Assembly (NCBI GenBank): GCA_964016885.1
Contig: OZ024741.1
Coordinates: 391,716,001 to 391,780,000, forward strand
Origin: Eledone cirrhosa
Lineage: Eukaryota
Direction of reading: 5' to 3'
DNA length: 64,000 nt
The first letter of the stretch is position 1; the number at the start of each line of letters is the position of its first letter. Under the pieces are notes generated by a model. It ran no database searches and was not told the DNA's origin. It saw only the letters and a list, made by a program, of their open reading frames with translations. The position numbers and the translations under genes are program-made. Shown here one piece after another: positions 49,128 to 62,958 of the stretch.

Positions 49128-49540
49128 TTTGTTTTCAGTTTTCACGTGTGTACACTTACTTTATAAGAAGAGTGGCTTGTGTGTTGCTTGGAGGATAAGT
49201 TTCTCGACAACTCTGATACTTTAACTCATATTTAGTGACAGCTAAATGCTAAGGTTTCCAGGGTTATATTTTATCCAATATTTCCATATCTTACACTCAT
49301 TATCGTTAATTTGCTTAAAATTAGACATTTCTACATCATCATGCGAGAACTATGAAATGTTGATGAAAGATAATGTAATGAATAGCTGGAAGACTATTAT
49401 CTGTGTCAGTGAGCGGTAAGCATTGGTGCGTGAAAGACGTCTGATACCATAGAAACTCTAACTTAATGAGAAATGCTTTTACGATCTTCTGTTAGTTTCC
49501 TTCAGAAGTTCTGTAGAAACCAAAATGATGGTAGAATCTA

Positions 49541-49702
49541 CATTCATACATATATACATACATAAACACATACATATATACATACATAAACACATACATA
49601 CATACATACATACATACATACATACATACATACATACATACATACATACACACATACATACATACATACATACATACATACATACATACATACATACACA
49701 CA

Positions 49703-49736
<34 letters not shown>

Positions 49737-50192
49737 CATACATACATACATACATACATACACACATACATACATACATACATACATACACACATACATA
49801 CATACATACATACATACATACATACATACATACACACATACACACATACATACATACATACATACATACATACATACATACACACACACATACATACATA
49901 CATACATACACACATACATACATACATACATACATACATACACACACACATACATACATACATACACACATACACACATACACACATACATACACACATA
50001 CACACATACATACATACATACATACACACACATACATACATACATACATACATACATACATACATACATACATACATACATACATACATACACACACACA
50101 TACATACATACATACATACATACATACATACATACATACATACATACATACATACATACATACATACATACATACATACATACATACATACA
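49541..50192. repeat. (CATA)n microsatellite, ~650 bp, with CA interruptions
   Basis: Read directly from the sequence. Confidence 0.98.
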
Positions 50193-50627
50193 TGGTGGTG
50201 GCTGCCAACTCGTTTTCGAGTACGGCCACTACTTTATATCCATGTAGGAGAACCCCTACCGATGCGCTGAACGAGTGTGACTTTTTAGTCCAGCCAGCGA
50301 CTTGAAAACTCTGGTACAAACACTACACTTGTGACAATTATTGACACATAGTGCTAGGCCCTTGGTACCATGTGACGACAAGTGCAGAGAGATCTCCAGA
50401 TATAAAGCAATGCCTGTGCCGTGAAGCTTTTATAGTGAGCAAAGGCACTGCACAAAGCCAGTCCCACTCTCTTAACCAAGATGATATTTACCAAAAAGAA
50501 GAACAAGTCAACATCATTGGATACCATCATACATACATACACACACACAGGGCGAAGGGTATGTGCATGCAACGCATGCAGTGCATGCGTTATAGAATCG
50601 TGAGTTGATCAATTGCATCGGTTGAAG

Positions 50628-50672
50628 CAAACAGAATTTTGACTGCTTACTAAATCGTAGACACATAAAAAG

Positions 50673-50737
<65 letters not shown>

Positions 50738-50828
50738 ATACACACATACACACAAACACATGACAGCTTTGGGGCAAGCAGAATTTTGACTGCTTACTAA
50801 ATCGTAGACACATAAAAAGATAACACAC

Positions 50829-50878
<50 letters not shown>

Positions 50879-50963
50879 ACATACACACAAACACATGACA
50901 GCTTTGGGGCAAGCAGAATTTTGACTGCTTACTAAATCGTAGACACATAAAAAGATAACACAC

Positions 50964-51033
<70 letters not shown>

Positions 51034-51118
51034 ACATACACACAAACAGATGACAGCTTTGGGGCAAGCAGAATTTTGACTGCTTACTAAATCGTAGACA
51101 CATAAAAAGATAACACAC

Positions 51119-51174
<56 letters not shown>

Positions 51175-51259
51175 ACATACAGACAAACACATGACAGCTT
51201 TGGGGCAAGCAGAATTTTGACTGCTTACTAAATCGTAGACACATAAAAAGATAACACAC

Positions 51260-51337
<78 letters not shown>

Positions 51338-51414
51338 ACAAACACATGACAGCTTTGGGGCAAGCGGAATTTTGACTGCTTACTAAATCGTAGACACATA
51401 AAAAGATAACACAC

Positions 51415-51478
<64 letters not shown>

Positions 51479-51563
51479 ACATACACACAAACACATGACA
51501 GCTTTAGGGCAAGCAGAATTTTGACTGCTTACTAAATCGTAGACACATAAAAAGATAACACAC

Positions 51564-51619
<56 letters not shown>

Positions 51620-51696
51620 ACAAACACATGACAGCTTTGGGGCAAGCAGAATTTTGACTGCTTACTAAATCGTAGACACATAAAAAGATAACACAC

Positions 51697-51754
<58 letters not shown>

Positions 51755-51982
51755 ACATACACACAAACACATGACAGCTTTGGGGCAAGCAGAATTTTGA
51801 CTGCTTACTAAATCGTAGTCACATAAAAAGATAACACACACACGCACACACACGCACACGCACACACACACACACACATACACACACACACATACACACA
51901 TACACACAAACACATGACAGCTTTGGGGCAAGCAGAATTTTGACTGCTTACTAAATCGTAGACACATAAAAAGATAACACAC

Positions 51983-52030
<48 letters not shown>

Positions 52031-52123
52031 ACATACACACAAACACATGACAGCTTTGGGGCAAGCAGAATTTTGACTGCTTACTAAATCGTAGACACAT
52101 AAAAAGATAACACACACACGCAC

Positions 52124-52163
<40 letters not shown>

Positions 52164-52294
52164 ACGCACACACACACATACACAAACACACACATACACA
52201 CACACACACACATACACACAAACACATGACAGCTTTGGGGCAAGCAGAATTTTGACTGCTTACTAAATCGTAGACACATAAAAAGATAACACAC

Positions 52295-52340
<46 letters not shown>

Positions 52341-52433
52341 ACATACACACAAACACATGACAGCTTTGGGGCAAGCAGAATTTTGACTGCTTACTAAATC
52401 GTAGACACATAAAAAGATAACACACACACGCAC

Positions 52434-52493
<60 letters not shown>

Positions 52494-52570
52494 ACAAACA
52501 CATGACAGCTTTGGGGCAAGCAGAATTTTGACTGCTTACTAAATCGTAGACACATAAAAAGATAACACAC

Positions 52571-52632
<62 letters not shown>

Positions 52633-52717
52633 ACATACACACAAACACATGACAGCTTTGGGGCAAGCAGGATTTTGACTGCTTACTAAATCGTAGACAC
52701 ATAAAAAGATAACACAC

Positions 52718-52761
<44 letters not shown>

Positions 52762-52846
52762 ACATACACACAAACACATGATAGCTTTGGGGCAAGCAGA
52801 ATTTTGACTGCTTACTAAATTGTAGACACATAAAAAGATAACACAC

Positions 52847-52906
<60 letters not shown>

Positions 52907-52983
52907 ACAAACACATGACAGCTTTGGGGCAAGCAGAATTTTGACTGCTTACTAAATCGTAGACACATAAAAAGATAACACAC

Positions 52984-53047
<64 letters not shown>

Positions 53048-53132
53048 ACATACACACAAACACATGACAGCTTTGGGGCAAGCAGAATTTTGACTGCTTA
53101 CTAAATCGTAGACACATAAAAAGATAACACAC

Positions 53133-53186
<54 letters not shown>

Positions 53187-53271
53187 ACATACACACAAAC
53201 ACATGACAGCTTTGGGGCAAGCAGAATTTTGACAGCTTACTAAATCGTAGACACATAAAAAGATAACACAC

Positions 53272-53335
<64 letters not shown>

Positions 53336-53437
53336 ATACACACAAACACACATACACACAAACACATGACAGCTTTGGGGCAAGCAGAATTTTGACTGCT
53401 TACTAAATCGTAGACACATAAAAAGATAACACACACA

Positions 53438-53492
<55 letters not shown>

Positions 53493-53577
53493 ACATACAC
53501 ACAAACACATGACAGCTTTGGGGCAAGCAGAATTTTGACTGCTTACTAAATCGTAGACACATAAAAAGATAACACAC

Positions 53578-53625
<48 letters not shown>

Positions 53626-53710
53626 ACATACACACAAACACATGACAGCTTTGGGGCAAGCAGAATTTTGACTGCTTACTAAATCGTAGACACATAAAAA
53701 GATAACACAC

Positions 53711-53766
<56 letters not shown>

Positions 53767-53851
53767 ACATACACACAAACACATGACAGCTTTGGGGCAA
53801 GCAGAATTTTGACTGCTTACTAAATCGTAGACACATAAAAAGATAACACAC

Positions 53852-53909
<58 letters not shown>

Positions 53910-53994
53910 ACATACACACAAACACATGACAGCTTTGGGGCAAGCAGAATTTTGACTGCTTACTAAATCGTAGACACATAAAAAGATAACACAC

Positions 53995-54056
<62 letters not shown>

Positions 54057-54141
54057 ACATACACACAAACACATGACAGCTTTGGGGCAAGCAGAATTTT
54101 GACTGCTTACTAAATCGTAGACACATAAAAAGATAACACAC

Positions 54142-54199
<58 letters not shown>

Positions 54200-54284
54200 A
54201 CATACACACAAACACATGACAGCTTTGGGGCAAGCAGAATTTTGACTGCTTACTAAATCGTAGACACATAAAAAGATAACACAC

Positions 54285-54358
<74 letters not shown>

Positions 54359-54435
54359 ACAAACACATGACAGCTTTGGGGCAAGCAGAATTTTGACTGC
54401 TTACTAAATCGTAGACACATAAAAAGATAACACAC

Positions 54436-54505
<70 letters not shown>

Positions 54506-54590
54506 ACATACACACAAACACATGACAGCTTTGGGGCAAGCAGAATTTTGACTGCTTACTAAATCGTAGACACATAAAAAGATAACACAC

Positions 54591-54634
<44 letters not shown>

Positions 54635-54720
54635 ACAAACACATGACAGCTTTGGGGCAAGCAGAATTTTGACTGCTTACTAAATCGTAGACACATAAAA
54701 AGGTAACACACACACGCACA

Positions 54721-54761
<41 letters not shown>

Positions 54762-54890
54762 ACACACATACACACATACACACAAACACACATACACACA
54801 TACACACATACACACAAACACATGACAGCTTTGGGGCAAGCAGAATTTTGACTGCTTACTAAATCGTAGACACATAAAAAGATAACACAC

Positions 54891-54936
<46 letters not shown>

Positions 54937-55033
54937 ACACACATACACACATACACACAAACACATGACAGCTTTGGGGCAAGCAGAATTTTGACTGCTT
55001 ACTAAATCGTAGACACATAAAAAGATAACACAC

Positions 55034-55095
<62 letters not shown>

Positions 55096-55188
55096 ACAAA
55101 CACACATACACACATACACATGACAGCTTTGGGGCAAGCAGAATTTTGACTGCTTACTAAATCGTAGACACATAAAAAGATAACACAC

Positions 55189-55244
<56 letters not shown>

Positions 55245-55329
55245 ACATACACACAAACACATGACAGCTTTGGGGCAAGCAGAATTTTGACAGCTTACTA
55301 AATCGTAGACACATAAAAAGATAACACAC

Positions 55330-55391
<62 letters not shown>

Positions 55392-55493
55392 ATACACACA
55401 AACACACATACACACAAACACATGACAGCTTTGGGGCAAGCAGAATTTTGACTGCTTACTAAATCGTAGACACATAAAAAGATAACACACACA

Positions 55494-55548
<55 letters not shown>

Positions 55549-55633
55549 ACATACACACAAACACATGACAGCTTTGGGGCAAGCAGAATTTTGACTGCTT
55601 ACTAAATCGTAGACACATAAAAAGATAACACAC

Positions 55634-55679
<46 letters not shown>

Positions 55680-55769
55680 ACATACACACAAACACATGAC
55701 AGCTTTGGGGCAAGCAGAATTTTGACTGCTTACTAAATCGTAGACACATAAAAAGATAACACACACACG

Positions 55770-55826
<57 letters not shown>

Positions 55827-55911
55827 ACATACACACAAACACATGACAGCTTTGGGGCAAGCAGAATTTTGACTGCTTACTAAATCGTAGACACATAAAA
55901 AGATAACACAC

Positions 55912-55969
<58 letters not shown>

Positions 55970-56054
55970 ACATACACACAAACACATGACAGCTTTGGGG
56001 CAAGCAGAATTTTGACTGCTTACTAAATCGTAGACACATAAAAAGATAACACAC

Positions 56055-56100
<46 letters not shown>

Positions 56101-56185
56101 ACATACACACAAACACATGACAGCTTTGGGGCAAGCAGAATTTTGACTGCTTACTAAATCGTAGACACATAAAAAGATAACACAC

Positions 56186-56239
<54 letters not shown>

Positions 56240-56324
56240 ACATACACACAAACACATGACAGCTTTGGGGCAAGCAGAATTTTGACTGCTTACTAAATCG
56301 TAGACACATAAAAAGATAACACAC

Positions 56325-56378
<54 letters not shown>

Positions 56379-56455
56379 ACAAACACATAACAGCTTTGGG
56401 GCAAGCAGAATTTTGACTGCTTACTAAATCGTAGACACATAAAAAGATAACACAC

Positions 56456-56527
<72 letters not shown>

Positions 56528-56612
56528 ACATACACACAAACACATGACAGCTTTGGGGCAAGCAGAATTTTGACTGCTTACTAAATCGTAGACACATAAA
56601 AAGATAACACAC

Positions 56613-56658
<46 letters not shown>

Positions 56659-56744
56659 ACAAACACATGACAGCTTTGGGGCAAGCAGAATTTTGACTGC
56701 TTACTAAATCGTAGACACATAAAAAGGTAACACACACACGCACA

Positions 56745-56793
<49 letters not shown>

Positions 56794-56922
56794 ACACACA
56801 TACACACATACACACAAACACACATACACACATACACACATACACACAAACACATGACAGCTTTGGGGCAAGCAGAATTTTGACTGCTTACTAAATCGTA
56901 GACACATAAAAAGATAACACAC

Positions 56923-56966
<44 letters not shown>

Positions 56967-57093
56967 ACACACATACACACATACACACAAACACATGACA
57001 GCTTTGGGGCAAGCAGAATTTTGACTGCTTACTAAATCGTAGACACATAAAAAGATAACACACACACGCACACACACACACACACACACACAC
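50628..57093. repeat. Tandem satellite of ~45 units, mean ~145 bp: a constant ~70-bp core plus a variable (CA)n tract
   Basis: Core AAACACATGACAGCTTTGGGGCAAGCAGAATTTTGACTGCTTACTAAATCGTAGACACATAAAAAGATAAC; 44 full cores counted between 50766 and 57001, plus one partial. Confidence 0.97.
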
Positions 57094-57239
57094 TAGATAA
57101 CACTACATGCGGCTTTGACCGGGAGGGTCATTTAGAGGGAATTGGGGAGGGGTCTGCACAGGCCCACTTTCCGCCATGGCGATTGGACTGCATGCCCTGC
57201 TTTCCAGGTTACCCTTCGCCACTGCACACACACACATAA

Positions 57240-57270
<31 letters not shown>

Positions 57271-57351
57271 CATACATACATACATACATACATACAAACA
57301 TACACACATACACACATACATACAAACATACAAACATACATACATACATAT

Positions 57352-59286
57352 TTCAGGGAGACAGTCTCTCTGCGATATTATTCATCCTGACATTAAACCC
57401 CTTGTCCTTTCTGCTCAAGAAATTTGAAGGATACATCATTGGCTCACAGGAGAACAGGAATACGAACCTAACCCATAATTTCTTTGTGGATGATCTGAAA
57501 CTCAATGCCAAGAATATGGATGGGATGCAGATAAATCTTGACCTGGTTACAACGTTCTCAAAGGATATAGGAATGGAGTTTGGCCAGGATAAATGCTCAT
57601 AGATGACTGTAAAGCGGGGGAAAACAACAACCCAATCTAGCAACATTGTCATCAATGGCCTAACTGTTTCACCGATATCTGATGAGGACTGCTACAGATA
57701 CCTAGGGATAGATAAGAACATATCCTATAATGGTATCTGTAATAAGGAACGCGTAACGAGGGAATACTACACCCGATTAAGAAAGATTTGGTCATCGGAA
57801 CTCTCTGCGCAAAACAAAACAGTGGCTCACAATGCGTTTGCTGTGCCTATCCTAACACCAACGTTTGGAATATTCAATTAGACGATAGACGAAATCCGAG
57901 CAGTTGATGTTGGAACTCGAAAAATACTAAACAACACTGGAAACTTCCACATCAACAGTGACATAGACCGCCTTTACTTGAAACGTAAGCAGGATGGCAG
58001 AGGCCTAACATCAGTCCAGACAGCATTTGAATGTCGCATTATATCCCTCCGACATCTACGAACCTCGAAGCGTAGGAGCCCGTCTCTAGAGCAAGTCTAT
58101 CTGCATGAAACAGATAAGATCATGAGAGTTGGGAAGGAACTCTTCGAGAGATATTCCCTGTGTGATAATCAAAAACTCACACCCAGGGAAGTCGCTCAGC
58201 AGTATCGCAGTGAATCCATGGATGAAAAACTGCATGCTTATCAGCAAAAAATCATGCATGGATATGTTGCCAGGAAGCTCCAGAGTGAGAGGAATATAGA
58301 TAAGGAACAACCGCTATATTGGCACCCACTTTGAAGGAAACACTTTTGCAATCCAAGAACAGGAAATTAACACGAAATACCTGATTCACAAAAGAGATAG
58401 GGATGCAGGCAAAACGCCTAGATGTGATAACAAGTGCAGACTCTGCAGAACTAACATCGAAGATATCACCCATGTCATCAGCAGCTGTCCAAAGATGTCA
58501 TCGCGGTACTATCTACCTATGAGGCATGATGTAGTGGCCAAAACACTGTACAATGCAATCCGTAAAAAGGATAGCCCCGATAATAAACACATTAAAAGCT
58601 ACAGCAATGTGGAAGACATCCATGTACATAATATGAAAGAGTACTTTATGGAATGTTCCAGTAAAAACCCCAATAAAATGCAGGCATAACAGACCATATA
58701 TTATGATATGGGACAGGGAGAAGAAAACATGCACAGTAGTGGAAATTAGCTGCCCAGCAGATGCCAATATAATATCAAAGATTAGCGAAAAGGAGAATAT
58801 TTATGCAGAACTGATGAGAAATCTACAGATACTCCACACTGATTACACCTTCAGATTTATGCCTGTGATTATTGAGGCGCTGGGGTATGTTAGTAACTGC
58901 CTCAATACAAAGCTTGAGAAGCCAGGTTTCACAGGAACAGAAAGAACACAACTAGTTAGGAAATTACAAGTACAATCCATTAATGGAACAGTAAAAATAT
59001 GTAAAGCATTCCAATAACAATAACAATTGTAACATTCCAATAACAATTGCATCTAATAACTGCATATACACATGTACAGATACAAAGCATATACACATCC
59101 ACACATACAACTCAAAACATACACATCCACACATACAATAACATACATATCTACACATGCATACATGCATATATAATCTACCTAGTTGATGTTGTGTAAA
59201 TTCCAATGAGAGAGTCTTGTGTCTATGTTAGAAACCGACTCTCTCTCTATTGGGAAAAAATTTGTGAAATTATAAAACCAGAAGAA
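57352..59286 (+). mobile_element. 5'-truncated, decayed R4/Dong-like RLE LINE within (ACAT)n
   Basis: FQGDSLS, FFVDDLKL, YRYLG, CRLC...EDITHVISSC, RHD, RPY..VVEISCP..EK..Y; (CATA)n at 57241-57350 and 59287-59360. Confidence 0.9.
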
Positions 59287-59384
59287 CATACATACATACA
59301 TACATACATACATACATACATACATACATACATACATACATACATACATACATTCATACATGCTGATTGATACTTATCAGAAGA

Positions 59385-60344
59385 GTGCCATCCTTTCATT
59401 GGACATTGCACGATCATGTGAACGCAGGTGGCCTTTCAAACCAGCTTTTATTTTGCAGATACGTTCACAGATACGACACTGGTCAGTCCACTAGCTGACT
59501 TGTAAATTAAGCCCCACTCATTGCAAATGTACTGCGGAGGGGCGGGCGGTAAAACCATCTCACGAGTGGCCCAATTTGTCCTTGGTGCGTGTGATTTCAG
59601 ATGGTTAACAAATCCAGCTCTTGATAGAAAACATTGCACCTCAATTCCTGCTGGATTTTTGCAGGCATTGCACGTGAATCTCGCTTACGAAGTGAACGCT
59701 TCAAAGCAGCATGCTCCACTCGCATCACATCCATACTTGATTATTATTCTCCATGATGTACGACCGTCAGCCAATATACTTCCTGTTCTCCATATCAATC
59801 TTCAGAGCTTTAAGATTGTCTTTTATGGCGTCCTTAAATCGCTTCTTTGGTTTATGCTGTGACCTTTTCCTCTGATCAGCTCCCCATAAAATAGCTGTTC
59901 AGGCACCCTTCCATCTTCCATCCTGACGACATGACCAGCCCAACGCATCTGGTTCATAATAATCTTCTTCTCAATACTGGTGCTATCCGCTTTCTCATGT
60001 TCAACAGCAACAGGTGTTTAAGAGGACCACTTGATGTTCAGGATGTGTCGGATATAATGCTGATGAAACGTTTCCAGCTGTCTGATGTGATGCCAGTAAA
60101 TTGCCCAGGTTTCACATCCTATAGCTGTGTAAGAACACAGGCCTCCTCCTACACAAAGCTTTGTGTTTCTCAGGATACCCCGATCTGAACAGACTCACTT
60201 CTCAAACTTTCCGAAGGCAAGACTCGCTTCCCTAACCCTGTTATTTATTTCAGCATCGAGGGTATCATCCCTACTAAGTGTATTTCCGAGATACACAAAG
60301 CTGTCCACCACCTCAAGTCTTTTTCCACTCATGTAATTATCTAG

Positions 60345-60380
<36 letters not shown>

Positions 60381-60427
60381 CAACTAGAAATTGATTAACA
60401 AATAAATAAACATATGAAACAAACACA

Positions 60428-60470
<43 letters not shown>

Positions 60471-60573
60471 TCTTCAATTGAGGGAGTGAACAAAGCCTTT
60501 GTCTTTTTCTGCTAGTATTTAGCCTAAACGCAATGCATGCATTTGAGGTGTCCAATATCAACTGCATGTCCAC
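59385..60573 (-). mobile_element. RTE (BovB-like) LINE 3' remnant, interrupted by a TA-rich insert at ~60337-60470
   Basis: LEVVDSFVYLGNTLSRD, MRWAGHVVRMEDGRVPEQLFYGEL, C-terminal C2H2-like motifs. Confidence 0.88.
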
Positions 60574-60825
60574 TTCTTCTTCTTCTTATTATTATTATTA
60601 TTATTATTATTGAATGCTATGGTTGACGGAGGCTCGGCTCTGTAAGGTATTGTAATTTTTAACCGTTAAAACAATTGTAAATTGTTTAAAACTTTAACCA
60701 ACTTGTAGACAAAAACACCCTCCTCCTCGTGAGAGGGGTCTTTCTGTCCGTTATTTGGCCCTTCGGGGTTAAATAACCAGTTATTGGGGTTTTGTGCCCA
60801 ATATTCATTTTAAACAAAAAACAAC

Positions 60826-62923
60826 ATGGCTACGAAAAAGAATTTTCATAGGTCACTCCCACTCATTCCGTCTTCTTCTTCCTCAATCATCACTACAGCA
60901 GAGAGAAGATTGTCTCTCTCCCTCCCTTCTTTAAATGTGTCTCTCTCCCTCCCTTCTCTTTCGCAAGTGACGAAAGAAAAGAAAAGTCTCGTGCAAAGCA
61001 TGCAAGGTTTCTCCACGACGAGGACGACAACGACGAAACAGGTGTGCGGGAAATACGAAAACCCAGTTCATTCGTCTGACGTCAGGAATAATAGCAGTAG
61101 CAGCCGTAATAACAACAGCAACAGTGACAATGAAAACAACAGTAGCAGACGCAAACAGCATCACCAGCAGCATAAACAACAACAGCATTAGCAGCAGCAA
61201 CACCAACAACAACCACAGCAACAGCGGCGGAGGCAGTAGTCGTAGTACCTGCAGCAGCAACAAAAGTACCAGCAGCTCTGACGACAACAACAGCAGCAGC
61301 AGAGAAAAACCAATCTCATTTGCAGGTATTGCGAAAAACTTGGAAACAATCCTCATAACAAATGAGGAATTAGAGGAAGCGAAGAAGATGGTGACAAAGA
61401 ATGGACACCGAGCAATCTGCAAGGCAGCGGAAACATTTTTCGAAACCCAAGAGCACTGTACGATCACGTACCGTACAGTAAGTACAAAATCCCGTAGGGT
61501 GGAAAGAGCCACAGAGGCCCAAATACAAAAAGCCTTGGGGTCTGTTAGGCAGCGGAAAACGCACATCACCCGAGGCAAAAAATATGCCACCGTAGACGTA
61601 CTTTTTGCCACACCCCAGGAGGCAAAGGCCCAATCAGTAGTGACCCTAAGGAGCGAGGAAATGGTGTTGGTGCCCTCCTACTGCGGGCAAAAAATTGTGA
61701 GGGTCAAACTGACCCACGTCCCCCCCGGAATGGCCCCTTCTTGGCTGGCCGCGTCTGTCCTCGTCGGAATCGAGGACAAAACAACTGTACTGCAAGTACA
61801 GAAAAAAGTAAGAGAAGATTGGGTAGGCACCTCCATTGAGATGCTAATCCAAACCAACCAGGAGTGCATCGAAGCTATCCCGGATGTGATAGACTTCGAT
61901 AACGGCACTCAACTGCCCATAAGTGTTGAGGGCAAACGCCCGAAATGCTTTCGCTGTGGATCGAAGACTCACCTCAGGGCCTTCTGCAACGAGAAGACCC
62001 TGAGAAAGGAGAAAACCCCCCTCCTTCCGAATCTGGCTCCACGGCTACCAGCAACAGGACAAGCGGCAACCAGGAACGATAGGTCCGTGGCACCCATACC
62101 CACTCCACGGAAATCAAAAACAGCAGCAGCAGTGGAAATATTAACAACAACAACAGCAATACCAAATGCAGCTGCAACAGAGACTCCAGTGCAAACATCA
62201 CCAACAACAAGTGAAAGAGTGGAGCTGGTACCCCTCCCCGACCTCACAGAATCAGACATGGAGTGTGAGGTGGGAGAGGGATGGCAAAAGGTCGTAAGAA
62301 GGCACAAACGCAGAAGCAGCGCATCGTCGCCTTTGAAAAGGGAGGAAAGAAATGAGAAAAGGGTAAAGTCTACTGCAAAGAGACCCACAGCAGCAACACC
62401 ACCAACACCATCACCACCCACACTAGCACCACCATCACCACCGGCGACAACCCCACCGCCAACAACACCTTCAACACCACCACCACAAGCACCAACATCG
62501 CAAACACAACAACAAAACACACACACCCAGCAACAACGACAAGAAAATAGCAGAACCACACCCCACCCCCAGAAAAACAAATGCACGGCAATAAATACAC
62601 ACAACAAGAAACTAATGACTTACATAATTGAACACACAGACATTTCACAACAGGACTACATAATACCAGCACCAATCAAAACGCCAACTAACATAAGACT
62701 GCTAAAAATAGCACAGAAACAATACACAAACATTAAAACGAAATTCCCCAACGCAGTTGGTGATTTCAGGGACCTAGGAGGAACCATCAATCGAAGAGTA
62801 TATTCAGACATTCTCTTAGAAGAGCCGACGACCAGCCGAAGGGACGATTCAACGGTCCCTTCACCAGACGATCAAGTGAAAAGGGATGTAAAAACCATCC
62901 CTCCTCTACCAAAGGTACGGTAA
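60826..62923 (+). CDS. ORF1 zinc-knuckle protein, with one frameshift in the low-complexity N-terminus
   Basis: The ATG-60826 frame closes at 61191; the main frame is open 60971-62923 and contains CFRCGSKTHLRAFC (CCHC) and GWQKV.RR. Confidence 0.8.
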
Positions 62924-62958
62924 GTGGTCTTTCCCATCTTTTCCACTCTATTTTAAAC

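Noticed and set aside
50628-57093. CRISPR-like look: constant hairpin repeat with variable spacers
   Set aside because: The spacers are all (CA)n rather than unique sequence, there are no cas genes, and the context is eukaryotic. I found no hammerhead core on either strand, so it is not a retrozyme array either.
49479-57427. Many CV-, YVCM- and HT-rich ORFs
   Set aside because: They are translations of (CATA)n and the CA satellite.
60971-61191. Programmed frameshift in Tx1 ORF1
   Set aside because: It lies in a triplet-repeat region with no clear slippery site, and the homologue at 3-1061 is uninterrupted; a mutation or sequencing error is more likely.
61969-62675. Antisense V/G/C-rich ORFs
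   Set aside because: They are shadow frames of the Thr/Pro-rich part of ORF1.
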